This document shows, piece after piece, positions 25,954 through 38,158 of a stretch of DNA of 64,000 bases. Origin of the DNA: Octopus vulgaris (lineage: Eukaryota). Under the pieces are notes generated by a model that did not search any database, was not told where the DNA came from, and worked only from the letters and a program-made list of their open reading frames with translations. Where the stretch lies: contig OX597817.1 in the NCBI GenBank assembly GCA_951406725.2, positions 22,506,001 through 22,570,000 on the forward strand. The letters are read 5' to 3'. How positions within the stretch are numbered: the first letter of the stretch is position 1; each line of letters starts with the position of its first letter. Made by a program: the position numbers and the translations under genes.

Positions 25954-26928
25954 CAGATATCGACAAGAATAATGCAGATATCGACAAAGCCCTGACCCAT
26001 CAATGGCTAATGGCCTCTGGCTTAAAATCTGAAACAGAGGGGTTTATCATAGCAGCTCAAGATCAATGCCTACCAACAAGAAACTACCAGGCCAACATAT
26101 TAAAGATCAGAAGCAGTCCAACGTGTCGTGTATGCAAGCAACAAAATGAAACCATTGACCATGTGGTCTCCAAGTGCAGTCTTCTAGCGCCTACAGAGTA
26201 TCTCAACAGGCACGATAGAGCTGCACAATATATTCACTGGGTAATCTGTAAAAACCTGGATTTGCCCCATGAAAAAAACTGGTGGGAACACAAACCACCC
26301 CCAGTGCTTGAAAATGACCACATCTCACTCCTCTGGAACTTCACCATTCAAACTGACCGGAAGATAGATGCAAATAGGCCAGACATCATATTGAAAAACT
26401 TCAAACAAAGAACATGCCTCCTCATTGATATGACTGTCCCAATCGATATAAACGTATCTGTCAAGACCTACCAAAAACTGAGCAAATATAAAGATCTTGA
26501 AATAGAAATCAGCAAAATGTGGAAGCTGAAGACTAAAACAATACCTGTTGTCATAGGTGCCCTGGGAATGATAGCAAAAGGGGCTGATAGCTACCTAACT
26601 CAGATACCAGGAAACCCAAAAATGGCAGAAGTTCAAAAGATAGTGCTCATGGGAACTGCTCATATCCTACGCAAAATACTCTCTATGTAATCACAAGGTT
26701 TAAAACAAACATAATTTTCGGTTTAAAAAAAAAAAAACCAAAAAAAAAAAAACTTTTTTTTATTTTTTTTTTATTTTTAGACATTCATTAGTACAACATC
26801 CCCACCCCCCAAATCTATGGCACACTAGGCATAACAACAACATGAACTTCCAACCCTGTTGTCTCTTGAGGTCTCTGGGTGAGACTTGGAGCCAACTTGT
26901 ACAAATATAAAGCAAAAGTCAAACATAG
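25953..26928 (+). mobile_element. 5'-truncated R4/Dong-clade non-LTR retrotransposon, copy 1, uninterrupted C-terminal frame
   Basis: LKSETEGFIIAAQDQ, CCHC knuckle CRVC...ETIDHVVSKC, RHD, RLE motif NRPDII...IDMTVP...KLSKYKDL, IPVVIGALG; stop at 26690; flanked by (AAT)n on both sides. Confidence 0.93.
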
Positions 26929-26944
26929 AATAATAATAATAATA

Positions 26945-27387
26945 AACACACACAGATAGAGAAATTAAGGCCAACAGACCAGATATAGTTGTCAGAGATC
27001 ATGAAGAAAAAAAATGCTTTCTAATTGATGTATCAATACCGGCAGATGACAACGTGTCTCTAAAAGAAATGGAGAAACTCTCAAATTACAAAGACCTGGA
27101 AATAGAGGTAACTAGAATGTGGAATCTGAAAACAGAAACAATTCCTATGATAGTAGGTGCATTAGGCATGATAAAAAAATATTCAGACAAATACATAACA
27201 AAAACACCAGGACTTACAAACACATATAACATACAGAAAATTGCACTACTAGGCACTGCACACATCCTACGCAGAACACTTTCCGTACAATAACCATCAG
27301 AGCATCACAACAAATCACAGCACATACCCAAGGCACACAGAGCTGCGCTCGGTAGTGAAGTGAAAGCACGCTATAAAAATAAGACTA

Positions 27388-27390
<3 letters not shown>
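26945..27390 (+). mobile_element. 5'-truncated R4/Dong-clade element, copy 2 (different family)
   Basis: HTDREIKANRPDIVV...LIDVSIP...KLSNYKDL...IVGALG...LGTAHILRRTL*, stop at 27293; 3' UTR unlike that of copy 1; between (AAT)n runs. Confidence 0.9.
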
Positions 27391-27461
<71 letters not shown>

Positions 27462-27523
27462 TAACAATAATAATAATAATAATAATAATGATAACAATAA
27501 TAATAATAATAATAATAATAATA
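27391..27523 (+). repeat. (AAT)n microsatellite
   Basis: Direct observation, about 44 units with a few GAT/AAC variants. Confidence 0.97.
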
Positions 27524-27678
27524 ACTATCCATGTATTTTAATTTAAATTTAACTTAAAAAAAAATGAACGAACTATTGAGTTTAGTTTAATGGCCTACCG
27601 ATGTATACTATGAGTTTCTTTGCCCTAGGAGTCGGGAAGACACTCGGCAAGAAATGGAAACAAATTTGAAAAAAAAAA
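27524..27678 (+). mobile_element. Probable 3' UTR-only fragment of another Dong-like element
   Basis: Lies between AAT runs; carries the CCCTAGG...CTCGG hairpin seen in the tails of copies 1 and 2; ends in an A run. Confidence 0.45.
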
Positions 27679-27693
27679 TAATAATGATAATAA

Positions 27694-27838
27694 TATCGAA
27701 AAACACCTTAGGAATGAGAACCCAGATTCGGAATTTCCCCAAGACACCTGATGAAGGCTGGGGGGTATATCAGTCAAAACAACAAACAGGATGAGGACAA
27801 ATATCCGTCGAATGTAAATAATGTAAATAATGTAAATA
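27694..27838 (+). mobile_element. Penelope-like terminal-repeat fragment with a degenerate hammerhead core
   Basis: CTGATGAA-GGCTG-loop-CAGTC-AAAAC at 27748-27780; (AATGTAAAT)n tail; flanked by AAT repeats. Confidence 0.55.
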
Positions 27839-27994
27839 ATAATAATGATGATGATAATAATAATAATAATGATAATTAGAACTGACATGGGGGCAGATCA
27901 TTCCCCCCACCCAAAATGTGCTCTGTTGGTTAATAAGCTAGGATTTTGAGATTGGTGCTTGGGTGTTGAGTATCTTCCACGATACTTAACATCC

Positions 27995-28375
27995 GGAGGC
28001 GCAATGGCCTAGTGGTTAGGGCAGCGGACTCGCGGTCGTAGGATCGCGGTTTCGATTCCTAGACCGGGCGTTGTGAGTGTTTATTGAGCGAAAACACCTA
28101 AAGCTCCACGAGGCTCCGGCAGGGATGGTGGTGATCCCTGCTGTTACTCTTTCACCACAACTTTCTCTCACTCTTACTTCCCGTTTCTGTTGTACCTGAA
28201 TTTCAAAGGGTCGGCCTTGTCACTCTCTGTGTCATGCTAAATATCCCCGAGAACTACGTTAAGGGTACACGTATCTGTGGAGTGCTCAGCCACTTACACG
28301 TTAATTTCACGAGCAGGCTGTTCCGTTGATCGGATCAACCGGAACCCTCGTCGTCGTAACCGACGGAGTGCTTCC
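27995..28375 (+). mobile_element. SINE family C, full length
   Basis: tRNA head with A box TGGCCTAGTGG and B box GTTTCGATTCC; TSD TACTT.ACATCC. Confidence 0.92.
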
Positions 28376-28545
28376 CTCCCCTACTTGACATCCAATTTAC
28401 AAAGTATGACAAGTTGTTGTCCGCTCTCACAGAATCAACCCGAACAAGAGAGATCGAGATCCCTGAGAAGTAGAATATAAAAATAATTGCCTTCAACTTC
28501 AGGATTACTTTAATAGGGAACTAATACCAGACTGGATGACCAATT

Positions 28546-28640
28546 TCAGGATCAATACTAAATAATATTTCAGGATTAATACCAAATAATATTTCAGGAT
28601 TAATACCGAATAATATTTCTGGATTAATACCAAATTGGAT
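28546..28640 (+). repeat. 24-bp tandem repeat (ATTTCAGGATTAATACCAAATAAT) x ~4
   Basis: Direct observation; no spacers; lies at the 5' junction of Dong copy 3. Confidence 0.85.
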
Positions 28641-31078
28641 GACTAGAGGGAGAACAGTCTCATTATGAAAGATAAGAACAAGGGTAACACTGCTAGCAAC
28701 TGTCGGCCAATCACTTGCTTACAATTAGTATGGAAACTATTAACAAGAATGCTTTCAGAAAGCATTTATGAGCACCTTGACAACCAGAATTTACTGCCAA
28801 CAGAAGAGATAAGTTACAAGAAGGCTAGAGGAACGCATGATCTATTATACAAAGACAAAGCAGTTCCAAATGAAGTAAAAGCAAGAAAGAAATATTTAAC
28901 AATAGCCTGGATAGGTTAAAGGAAACCCATGACATGATCCCACATACATGAATAAGTGAATGTTTGAGTTTATTCAATATAGCAGACAACATAAGCGAAT
29001 TAATTAGCTTTTATCATGGAGAAATGGAAAGTAGATCTCTACTCAGGTGACACAGTCAAACGGAAAGTTAATATCAAAAGAAGAATTCCCCAAGGGTACT
29101 TGTTGTCCCCTTTAATATACTTGTCTTATGTTTGATACCCCTCAGTTTAGTTTTAAGAAGGCAAAGGCAGAGTATCAGTTCAGAAATAGTAAGGGAAAAA
29201 TTAACCATTTGCTCTACATGGATAATCTGAAGCTTTTTAGTAAGAATAAAAAGAAAGATTCTTTAATACAGATGGTAAAACTCTTAAGCAAAGATACGGG
29301 CATGGAATTTGGCATAGATAAGTGTGGAATATTATTGATGAGGAAAGGACAGGTAGTAAACAGTGAATGCCTCCAATTATCAGATGGCCAAATATTAAAA
29401 TCATTGCAAGGAGGAGAGAGTTATAAGTATCTAGGAGTATTAGAATCTGACAGAGTACTAACTATAGAAATGAAAACGAAAATTGAGAATGAGTATATCA
29501 GAAGATTGAGGAAGCTAGTAAAGTCAAAGCTAAATGACCCGAATCTAGTGAAGGCTGTAAATACCTGGGCAGTATCATTACTTTGATACTCTGTAGCTTT
29601 TGTAGATAGGACAAAAACTGAAATAGCTGGAAAGAAGGACTAGGAAGGAATTCAATATGAATGGAGGACTCCACCCAAGATCAGGAGTAGGAAGGTTATA
29701 CATACCAAGAAAGGGAGGCGGAAGAGGGTTAATATCAATATAAGACTGCATGGATTTGGCTAGAGTAGATATAGAATCCTACGTAGGTAATAGTGAAGAA
29801 GGATTATTAAAAGCTGCTAGAGTTACAGCAAGACATAGAGAAACCAAGAACGGAAAGGAAATTAAAAGCCAGAAAAAAAGAACAAAAATTATCTGCCTGG
29901 CAGGAGAAGGCGTTGCATGGTAAATTCCCAAAAATGTTTGCAAAAAATAGCAGTAGTGAGACATGGTTATGTTCGCAGAAATGCAAGTAGAAAAGGGCGA
30001 CAGAGAGCTTGTTAGTAGCAGCATAAGATCAAACGTTAAGGACTAATTGAATAAAAGCAAAGATAGACAAAAACAAGTAGATTCCCAGTGTAAGTTATAC
30101 AAATGAAAAGTGGAAAGCCTTATTCATATAGTAAGTGAATGTAGTATGCTGGCACAGAAAGAATACAAGAAAAGACATGATAATATAGGGAGAGTAATCC
30201 AGTGGGATATATGTAGAAAGCTAGGATTTAAACAAACTAATAAAAGGTATGATTATGAACCAAGTAAAATACTATGAAGTAATACAAGATGTTGTAGGAC
30301 ATTCAAACTGACAGAGTGATAGAAAATCGAAGGCCTGATTTAGTAGTACTCTCTTTTACTCTTTTACTTGTTTCAGTCATTTGACTGCGGCCATGCTGGG
30401 GCACCACCTTTAGTCGAGCAAATCGACCCCAGGACTTATTCTTTGTAAGCCTAGTACTTATTCTATAGGTCTCTTTTGCCGAGCTGCTAAGTTACAGCAT
30501 CGGTTGTCAAGCGATGTTGGGGGGACAAACGCAGACACACATACATATATATATATACGACGGGCTTCTTTCAGTTTCCGTCTACCAAATCCACTCACAA
30601 GGCTTTGGTCGGCCCGAGGCTATAGTAGAAGACACTTGCCCAAGGTGCCACGTAGTGGGACTGAAGCCTGAACCATGTGGTCGGTAAGCAAGCTACTTAA
30701 CACACAGCCACTCCTACGTAGCAGATAAAGAGAATAGAAAATGCCCGATAATTTACTTTACAGTCCCAAATGATGGAAAAAGAAATATGAGAGGTATAGA
30801 AAAATAGCAAAGTACCAGGACCTAGCCATTGAATCCTAGAGACTATGGGAAGTGCGAGTGAAATGTATCCCAGTAGTAATAGGTGCATTGAGAACTATCC
30901 CTAAAGATTTGAACAAAAGGTTAGAGGAAATAGGCATAAAACCCATTTTATACAGCGCCAGAAAACAGTGTTATTAAGGAGAGCTAGGATACTTAGGTGG
31001 GCTCTTGGCATCTACTTGTTGTAGCCACTTGTCAGGAATTTTACTTTTCGAACAGTCTAATCTGTTGTGTGAATATGA
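28625..31078 (+). pseudogene. Decayed R4/Dong-clade element, copy 3 (RT, zinc knuckle, RLE), split by a SINE-B
   Basis: IPNWMTRGRTVLIMKDK...SNCRPITCL, PQG.LLSPL, INHLLYMDNLKLF, YKYLGVLE, HIVSEC..LAQKEYKKRHD, QTDRVIENRRPDLVV, VVIGAL; many stops and frameshifts; ends at (AAT)n ~31079-31126. Confidence 0.9.
30348..30718 (-). mobile_element. SINE family B nested in Dong copy 3
   Basis: Consensus match; interrupts RPDLVV|ADKENRKC. Confidence 0.92.
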
Positions 31079-31721
31079 AAATAATAATAACAACAACAAT
31101 AATAATAATAACAATTATAATAATAAAATGCAATGTTTAGTCCTGACTCTCATAGCTTTTGATAATAACTGATTGGAATTGTTATCATTTACATGCTTTG
31201 TATTGGTATAAAAGATGGGATACAGCAAATATTCTGCTCAGTACCACAGATTCGCATGTCAGATGTGTGACTTTAAGCATTTGAACATGATCGTTAATGA
31301 CTGACGGTATGTGCATCTCTAATAATGAGCAGGAGTAGTGGGTGAGCATCATAGCCATGTGCTGAGGGGAATTCTATGGGATCTTCAATACTTAACGACT
31401 GGAAACATAGGGTTTTTTGTTCAACATCCTTAAACAACCTTAATTCAGAATCCTATTGAGAATGGTGGGCTACTCGACCAGAAGAAAATTATAACTGGGT
31501 CCCATCTGCAAAGTTATGCGCTCTGTATCTTGATATGCAATCACCATGTCGCACACATATGGTTGCAATGCACTTGTCTGGTGAACCATTTTCAGACGGC
31601 TAGTCATGATGGGTATACTGGGATTTGTATATTTGTATATATGTACCCCTGTGTCACTTTGAGAGCATGCACTGTTCTCTCACTCGATAATAACACTAAT
31701 AATATTAATAAAAATTTGGCA

Positions 31722-31729
31722 TATATATA

Positions 31730-31788
<59 letters not shown>

Positions 31789-31799
31789 GTGTGTGTGTA

Positions 31800-31832
<33 letters not shown>

Positions 31833-31847
31833 TCATGTGTGTGTGTG

Positions 31848-31889
<42 letters not shown>

Positions 31890-31903
31890 TGTGTGTGTGT
31901 GTG

Positions 31904-31940
<37 letters not shown>

Positions 31941-31980
31941 GTGTGTGTGTGCACTCGAGTGTCTGCGTGTGTATATACAC
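31722..31980. repeat. Compound (TA)n/(TG)n microsatellite with higher-order repetition
   Basis: The unit (TA)n-CATGTGTGTG-TATG recurs four times. Confidence 0.9.
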
Positions 31981-32819
31981 AGTGAAGTATATTCCTGCAT
32001 TGTTGAGGGGTAGAGATAATGTATGGTGTTGAGTATTTTCATTTAATACGGTGTGTGTGTGTGTGTGTGAAAGAAACGAATAATCTGTTTTATTGGAATT
32101 TCGCTCTGCGGCAAAAACACAGATGTAAAAGAACTCGAAGGAAAATGGTAGTAACTTAACTCGCTTAGAAATTTGTGCATAGTTTGGAGAATAGGTTTTG
32201 GCCGGACAATTAACTGTATTTAAAGCATTCATTTTTAAGACGATGCATTGCATACAGTGCTTTTCTCTGAAGTATATAATCAGGTTTAGCTGCAAGGTTT
32301 TCGTTGAATGAAATGTCCAATCATTAATAAAATCACTGATGCATAGCAAGGCAATTTAATTCTTCCTGCTGTGGGTGTAACATACAAGGATGTTTCTTTC
32401 TCATTGAAAAACGATTGCAAATGTTCATCTGCTGGAAATTACCAGGTGATTCAATTAGAATGTCTATTAGGAGGATGCACCGAAAAACACATAACCAACC
32501 TTTACACCATCGCCGTGCCCCTCCCGCCCGCGTCCCGCGCACACACACCATCACCATTGTGAAATGACAGCAAACAGATAAGAAAAGAATTTAAATAACT
32601 GACAACAAAATGTATGTTCGTACAACTGCATAGCACATCTGACAATGTGTGTTTAAGTGATTTATCAGTGTCTTTGTGTTTGAACACACACACACAAACA
32701 TACACACACACAAACACACACATTCACGCACACACACACACACACATACACACGCGCGCGCATGCACGCACACACATACACACGCGCGCGCATGCACGCA
32801 CACATATATTCTCTCACTC

Positions 32820-33039
32820 TGGCAGAAACGTTAGCACGCCGGGCGAAATGCGTGGCCGTATTTCGCCTGCCGTTACGTTCTGAGTTCAAATTCCGCCGAG
32901 GTCGACTTTGCCTTTCATCCTTTCGGGGTCGATAAATTAAGTACCAGTTGCGCACTGGGGTCGATGTAATCGACTTAATCCCTATGTCTGTCCTTGTTTG
33001 TCCTCTCTACCTTTAGCCCCTTGTGGGTAGTAAAGAAAT
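32820..33039 (+). mobile_element. SINE family A
   Basis: Consensus match, slightly 5' truncated. Confidence 0.92.
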
Positions 33040-33368
33040 ATATATTCTTTCACTCACACGCATACACACATATATACACAGACACATACAGATAAATGTA
33101 AAACTCAGAGAGAGTGGTAGTAGCCTGCGTCGGCAAAAATCGCACTTCTAGGTACCAAAGAAAAATTTCTTATGTTGGTTGGCTGTTCTGAGGAGAATTA
33201 CCAACGGTTTACACAAATTGTTTTTTTCGTAGAATATGAAACGTTTTAGGCAGTTCCATTTTTGTTTTCGTTTAAAAGAATGGAACAAGAGCAAAAGAAA
33301 TATTATTTCAGAACTTTATGTTTACACAATTAAATCTAAATATATTTTATATTTTATTCTATAATTGT

Positions 33369-33412
33369 GTCGGTAAACATGTTTCGACATGATTGTGTTC
33401 ATCAGTATAGAC
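33369..33412 (-). ncRNA. Degenerate minimal type I hammerhead ribozyme motif (Penelope-type)
   Basis: Minus strand GTCTATA-CTGATGA-ACACAATCATGTC-GAAACATGTT-TACCGAC: both core boxes present, palindromic ACATGT stem III, stem I with 5 of 7 pairs. Confidence 0.5.
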
Positions 33413-34655
33413 TAAAAGACAGACAGTTGATTATATTACCTATAAGTTGTATATTCAGATTATTGTTTTCATTCTAAATTAGGTAAACAAAGAGTGAGTA
33501 AGAAACAAAATGAAAAGAAAAAGAGAAAAGAAAATTATTTGGAATTACACAATTCTTGTTTTACCGTGTAGGAAAATAATCTACTTCATCCTTATATTAT
33601 GAAATATTAGATACAATAAAGAATAACAAGACATGGTAGAGGGTAAGAGTTGCGTAGTTAAGCGCATGTGTTAGAGGAAACGTGGTCGAAGGGAGAAACG
33701 TGGTAGATGAGCGGAGAAGAAAAATTTGGTGATGTGGAGAGGGATATGAAATTGCTGATTACTTGACAACACCAAATAAATATTAAAGTTTGGAATAAAA
33801 AAAATATCTGCAATCAGTGCAGAACTCTTTGTATTCTGAACTACACTTTTACCTGTTGCATAATTTATTGCAAGGAGGCTGACACACACACACAAATAAA
33901 AGCATGATAATGTCCTTAGAGAAACCTTCAAGTGGTCGAACCTGTAGAGAATTAAGGCTAACAAATAACAGTCATCGCTACTCAAAAGTATCAAGTTTAT
34001 AAGGAAAGGTGATAAGATGTCCAACGGAAACAAAACTGTGTTGAGACAGGTGTTTTGTTATGCCACAGGCTTTTGACTAGGTGTTACAGATGGTTCTGAA
34101 GGGGAGACTTATCTTTCCGGAAGAGGTGCTAGTAATATTGCTCCGATGAAAGATGTCTCTCATATCAAGGAACATAAAAACGAGCATCGTTGCCGAAATC
34201 ACAGCATTTTGGGAGGACAAACTTGGCACTTATCCACAAAGCTATTTACCAGATCTTGGTGGATGGAGCAATTTTCTAAAAGTGGCATGCGTACTCAATT
34301 CCATTTTTCCATTATTGTTTAAATTTGAAACCAATCCTCTTTTGTTGGAGTGACCTGAAATTTAAAAAACCGCAGACAGTCGCCAGGATGATGGCTTTGG
34401 CAGACGAGTTTAGCTCAAGTTGCTTATAGTTGCCGGAATAAACCAGATGGAACTCTTCTATAGATGGGGGGAATTCAAATATCTCTGTCCAAGGCGACGG
34501 CTACAGGCCGGCCGATGAGCGGGCGAAATACAGGTTATATTGAGATATTGATTGAAGATACAGAAGATATTGAAACCTTTTTCACTTTTTTATATAGCTC
34601 TTGCAGTATCTACTTCGGAAAAGTAACTCTGATGTTTATTTCACACTCATGCATG

Positions 34656-34712
<57 letters not shown>

Positions 34713-34726
34713 ACACACAAGTATGA

Positions 34727-34759
<33 letters not shown>

Positions 34760-34858
34760 AAGGTTTATGTTTGTGCATAATTATGCGTCTATATCTAGAT
34801 GGTATATATATATGTCTGCGTGTGTATATGTGTATGTCTGTAGTCATACATACATACA

Positions 34859-34958
<100 letters not shown>

Positions 34959-37366
34959 TAGATACATACATACATACATACATACATAAAATTTATACAC
35001 TCATACACACATACAAATATAAATATGTGAATCTAGTTACTTCGGAATAAATATTTATCATCATATATAGTTATAGTTGACCACATTCCGTTGCTTCGAA
35101 CTTTTCAAACGATAAGTACTTTTGAATTATTCCAATATTGGAATAATTCAACAGTTGACACTGTTTGGAAACTATCGTTCCGGCATGAAACTCCAGAGTA
35201 ACGAAATGTGACCATCTGTAACTATTTGTAATAACTATATTTATAATAATTATTTACAGCAACTTGTACATAAGTATATAAATATATAGTGAAATGGTTT
35301 TTTTCTTTTCGGCATGTTGTATTGAACACATGTCTGTGTTTTAATTTTATCATTTCATCAATGTAGTTTTTACAATTCTGTAATAAATTCTTGGCAGTTT
35401 ATTTGGAACAGTGAAGTTACTAAATCTATCATTAACATATGCTAAGGCATGATAATCTCATCTTCAAATTGAAGTGACTTTAGCGAGTGTTGTTTTATCG
35501 TCAGAAGAAAGCAGGGGGTAATGTGATTGGTGTGGAAGTTACTGCAAAGAAGTGTTTAAATGCTTTGACGCTAGATTTATGGGTCACCATTCATGCAACA
35601 TGTATGTTGTATGTACTGCATTGTACTGCATTGAGCTATTTACTTCCATGCAAAACGGTAGGGAGAAAATTATTACTTAGAAACACATTCAAATTCTCTC
35701 CCATGAACGAAAGTGATAAAGAAGTCCACAAGAAACAAATAATTATCAACAATGGGTACTTTGACTAATTAATTAGTAATCTTTTTACTATAGATACAAA
35801 GCCTCACATTTTAGAGAAGGAGAAAGTAGATTACAGAATTCAACTGGTTCTTTTAATCAGCCTAGAAAAGAGGAAAATCAAAAGTGATCTCGGTAGAGTT
35901 TGAACACAGAACGTAAAGACGGACGAAATGTCACTACGCTTTTCTGTCCGACGTATTTACGACTCAGTCAGCTCGCCATCTAATAACCATCAAATAATCA
36001 AACCATAAACAGAGAAACAGAAATAAGTACAACATAAAAGATATATTGGACGATATCAATCAGTATACAAGGCCGATATAATTTGTACTGGTTGACACAA
36101 ATGCACACTAAGTGTTGAGGTGATGAAAGCATTATCAATATCCTCATAAAGTAGAATATAAAATAGTTTACATTAAACCATAAATCAATGCGTAAATATC
36201 AAAATTAAAGGCTACCAAAACAAGGACAAAAAAGTTTGCTTCTCCGCGAACAAATTACAGTAAAATATAATTCATAAATTCGTTGGCGAATGTGAAAGTA
36301 GTAAATTTCAACCATTATGTTGCCTAAATAACAGGAAAATACCCTGTCGTTTCACCATGAATTTACAAATGGGTACAGCTGCAATGTTTAAAACCATACA
36401 ACAAAGAAACCAGATAAAATAGCATATATTTCAGTATAGCAGTGTGGCAGTGTGTACATGATGTATATTAAATTACATGTTATTATCTAAATATATACTT
36501 TGTAAAATATATATGCGTAACGATAAAGTTTTTAGTTGAAGTCGAGGGTCACCAATTGTAACGGTTAGGTTTTAATTGGTTGGTTTAGTTACCAATTGTA
36601 ACGGGTAAGATTGATTATGTACACAATATTATGAAATATCGGAGTCAGCAGTCGTAACGATTTGTTATAATTTAAAATTTGTTATAATATAAAAATTTGT
36701 TGTTATAATTGCTTACTGGGAGATGTGAAAGATGAACAATGCATAAAGTTTTAAGAAAGTATTTATTTACTGTTACGTTACAAATACCTTGCCTCGACTG
36801 GCAGGTTATGATAAATCCAAAAGCATACGAAGTAAAGTTTGTGTTTGTGTCCTCTTCATTGTTTAGTAGTAATTACAAAGAGAGATAGAATGATGTAAGA
36901 GAACATAATTAGAGCTAGTGAGATTTATAGGGTGTTGTCTCATAGTTGCTGACAGTAAACTTCATTTCTCCTCTTAATCAAGGTTCTAGCTGGTCAGCCA
37001 GACTTCGTTCTCATTGAGTCGTCATCATGCGACTGATCTCGTTGAGCCGTTACCGACTGATTTTTGCTTGGGGTATTCTTGCTTTTATAACTATCCAGAA
37101 GGATAGACATATCATTGAGAACATTAGATTAAGTTGGTGGTCTTGTTATCTCTATTCTAGCTTTTGGTGAAGTAGAAGAGGTTAGAAAGGGTCAAGTGGT
37201 GAAGACATTATTTCGGCCTAGCTAAAGGCATCTGGAACATATAAAACTGCTGTCAGAGAAAAAACATTGTTCCACCGTGGGTAAAGTTCTGTTGCAGTGT
37301 TAATTTAAGTTTGGCTATGGTGGATCGAATCCACCGTATGCATGCAAGATCCACTACACAGACACA

Positions 37367-37444
<78 letters not shown>

Positions 37445-37865
37445 CACATACACTTTGGAGGGAGATACGAATTCGCCTGTCTATATAAATGTGGAGATGC
37501 TAGCGGACCGTTAAATCGTTCGATGTCGCGTGGTCAAGTTGGTATAATGGGTGAGTTTTTTTCCTAGCATTTCTAGATTTATAGGAAATATTATGTTGAC
37601 AAGGAAATGAACTTTCGATTCTAATCCAGAAACGAATTCGTCCATAATTAATCCAATAAGCTGGGATTTCGTTGTCTTCTTTCTCTTTACTATATACGGG
37701 TTACAAATTCTGTTTGTTTGTGGAGACTTTTTTACTAGTAGTAGAAATAGTGACCTATTTGGCTGCTGTTTCTAATATTTTCGGTATGTGGTTTTGAGCA
37801 ACTTGTTTGCAGTTAACCCTTTATTATAATTAATATATATATATACATATACATATACATAAGCG

Positions 37866-37901
<36 letters not shown>

Positions 37902-37919
37902 TACATACATATATTATCT

Positions 37920-38125
37920 TTCATGTTTTACTTATTTCACTCATAAGACTGCAGTCATGCTGGAGCATCGCTTACATTAGTCGACTGAATCGATCCCATT
38001 TTTATCTTTTCCTTAAAATCCTGGTATTTATTCTATAGATCAATTTTGCCGAACCGGTCGTAAACACACCAACACCGGTTTTGAAGCACAATCACAATGA
38101 TATATATATATACGCAAGCGTACGT

Positions 38126-38158
<33 letters not shown>

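Noticed and set aside
27995-28066. tRNA-like sequences at SINE heads
   Set aside because: They continue into SINE bodies with TSDs and have no T-run terminator; not called as tRNA genes.
28546-28640. 24-bp repeats resembling a CRISPR array
   Set aside because: Contiguous tandem units without spacers, no cas genes, eukaryotic context.
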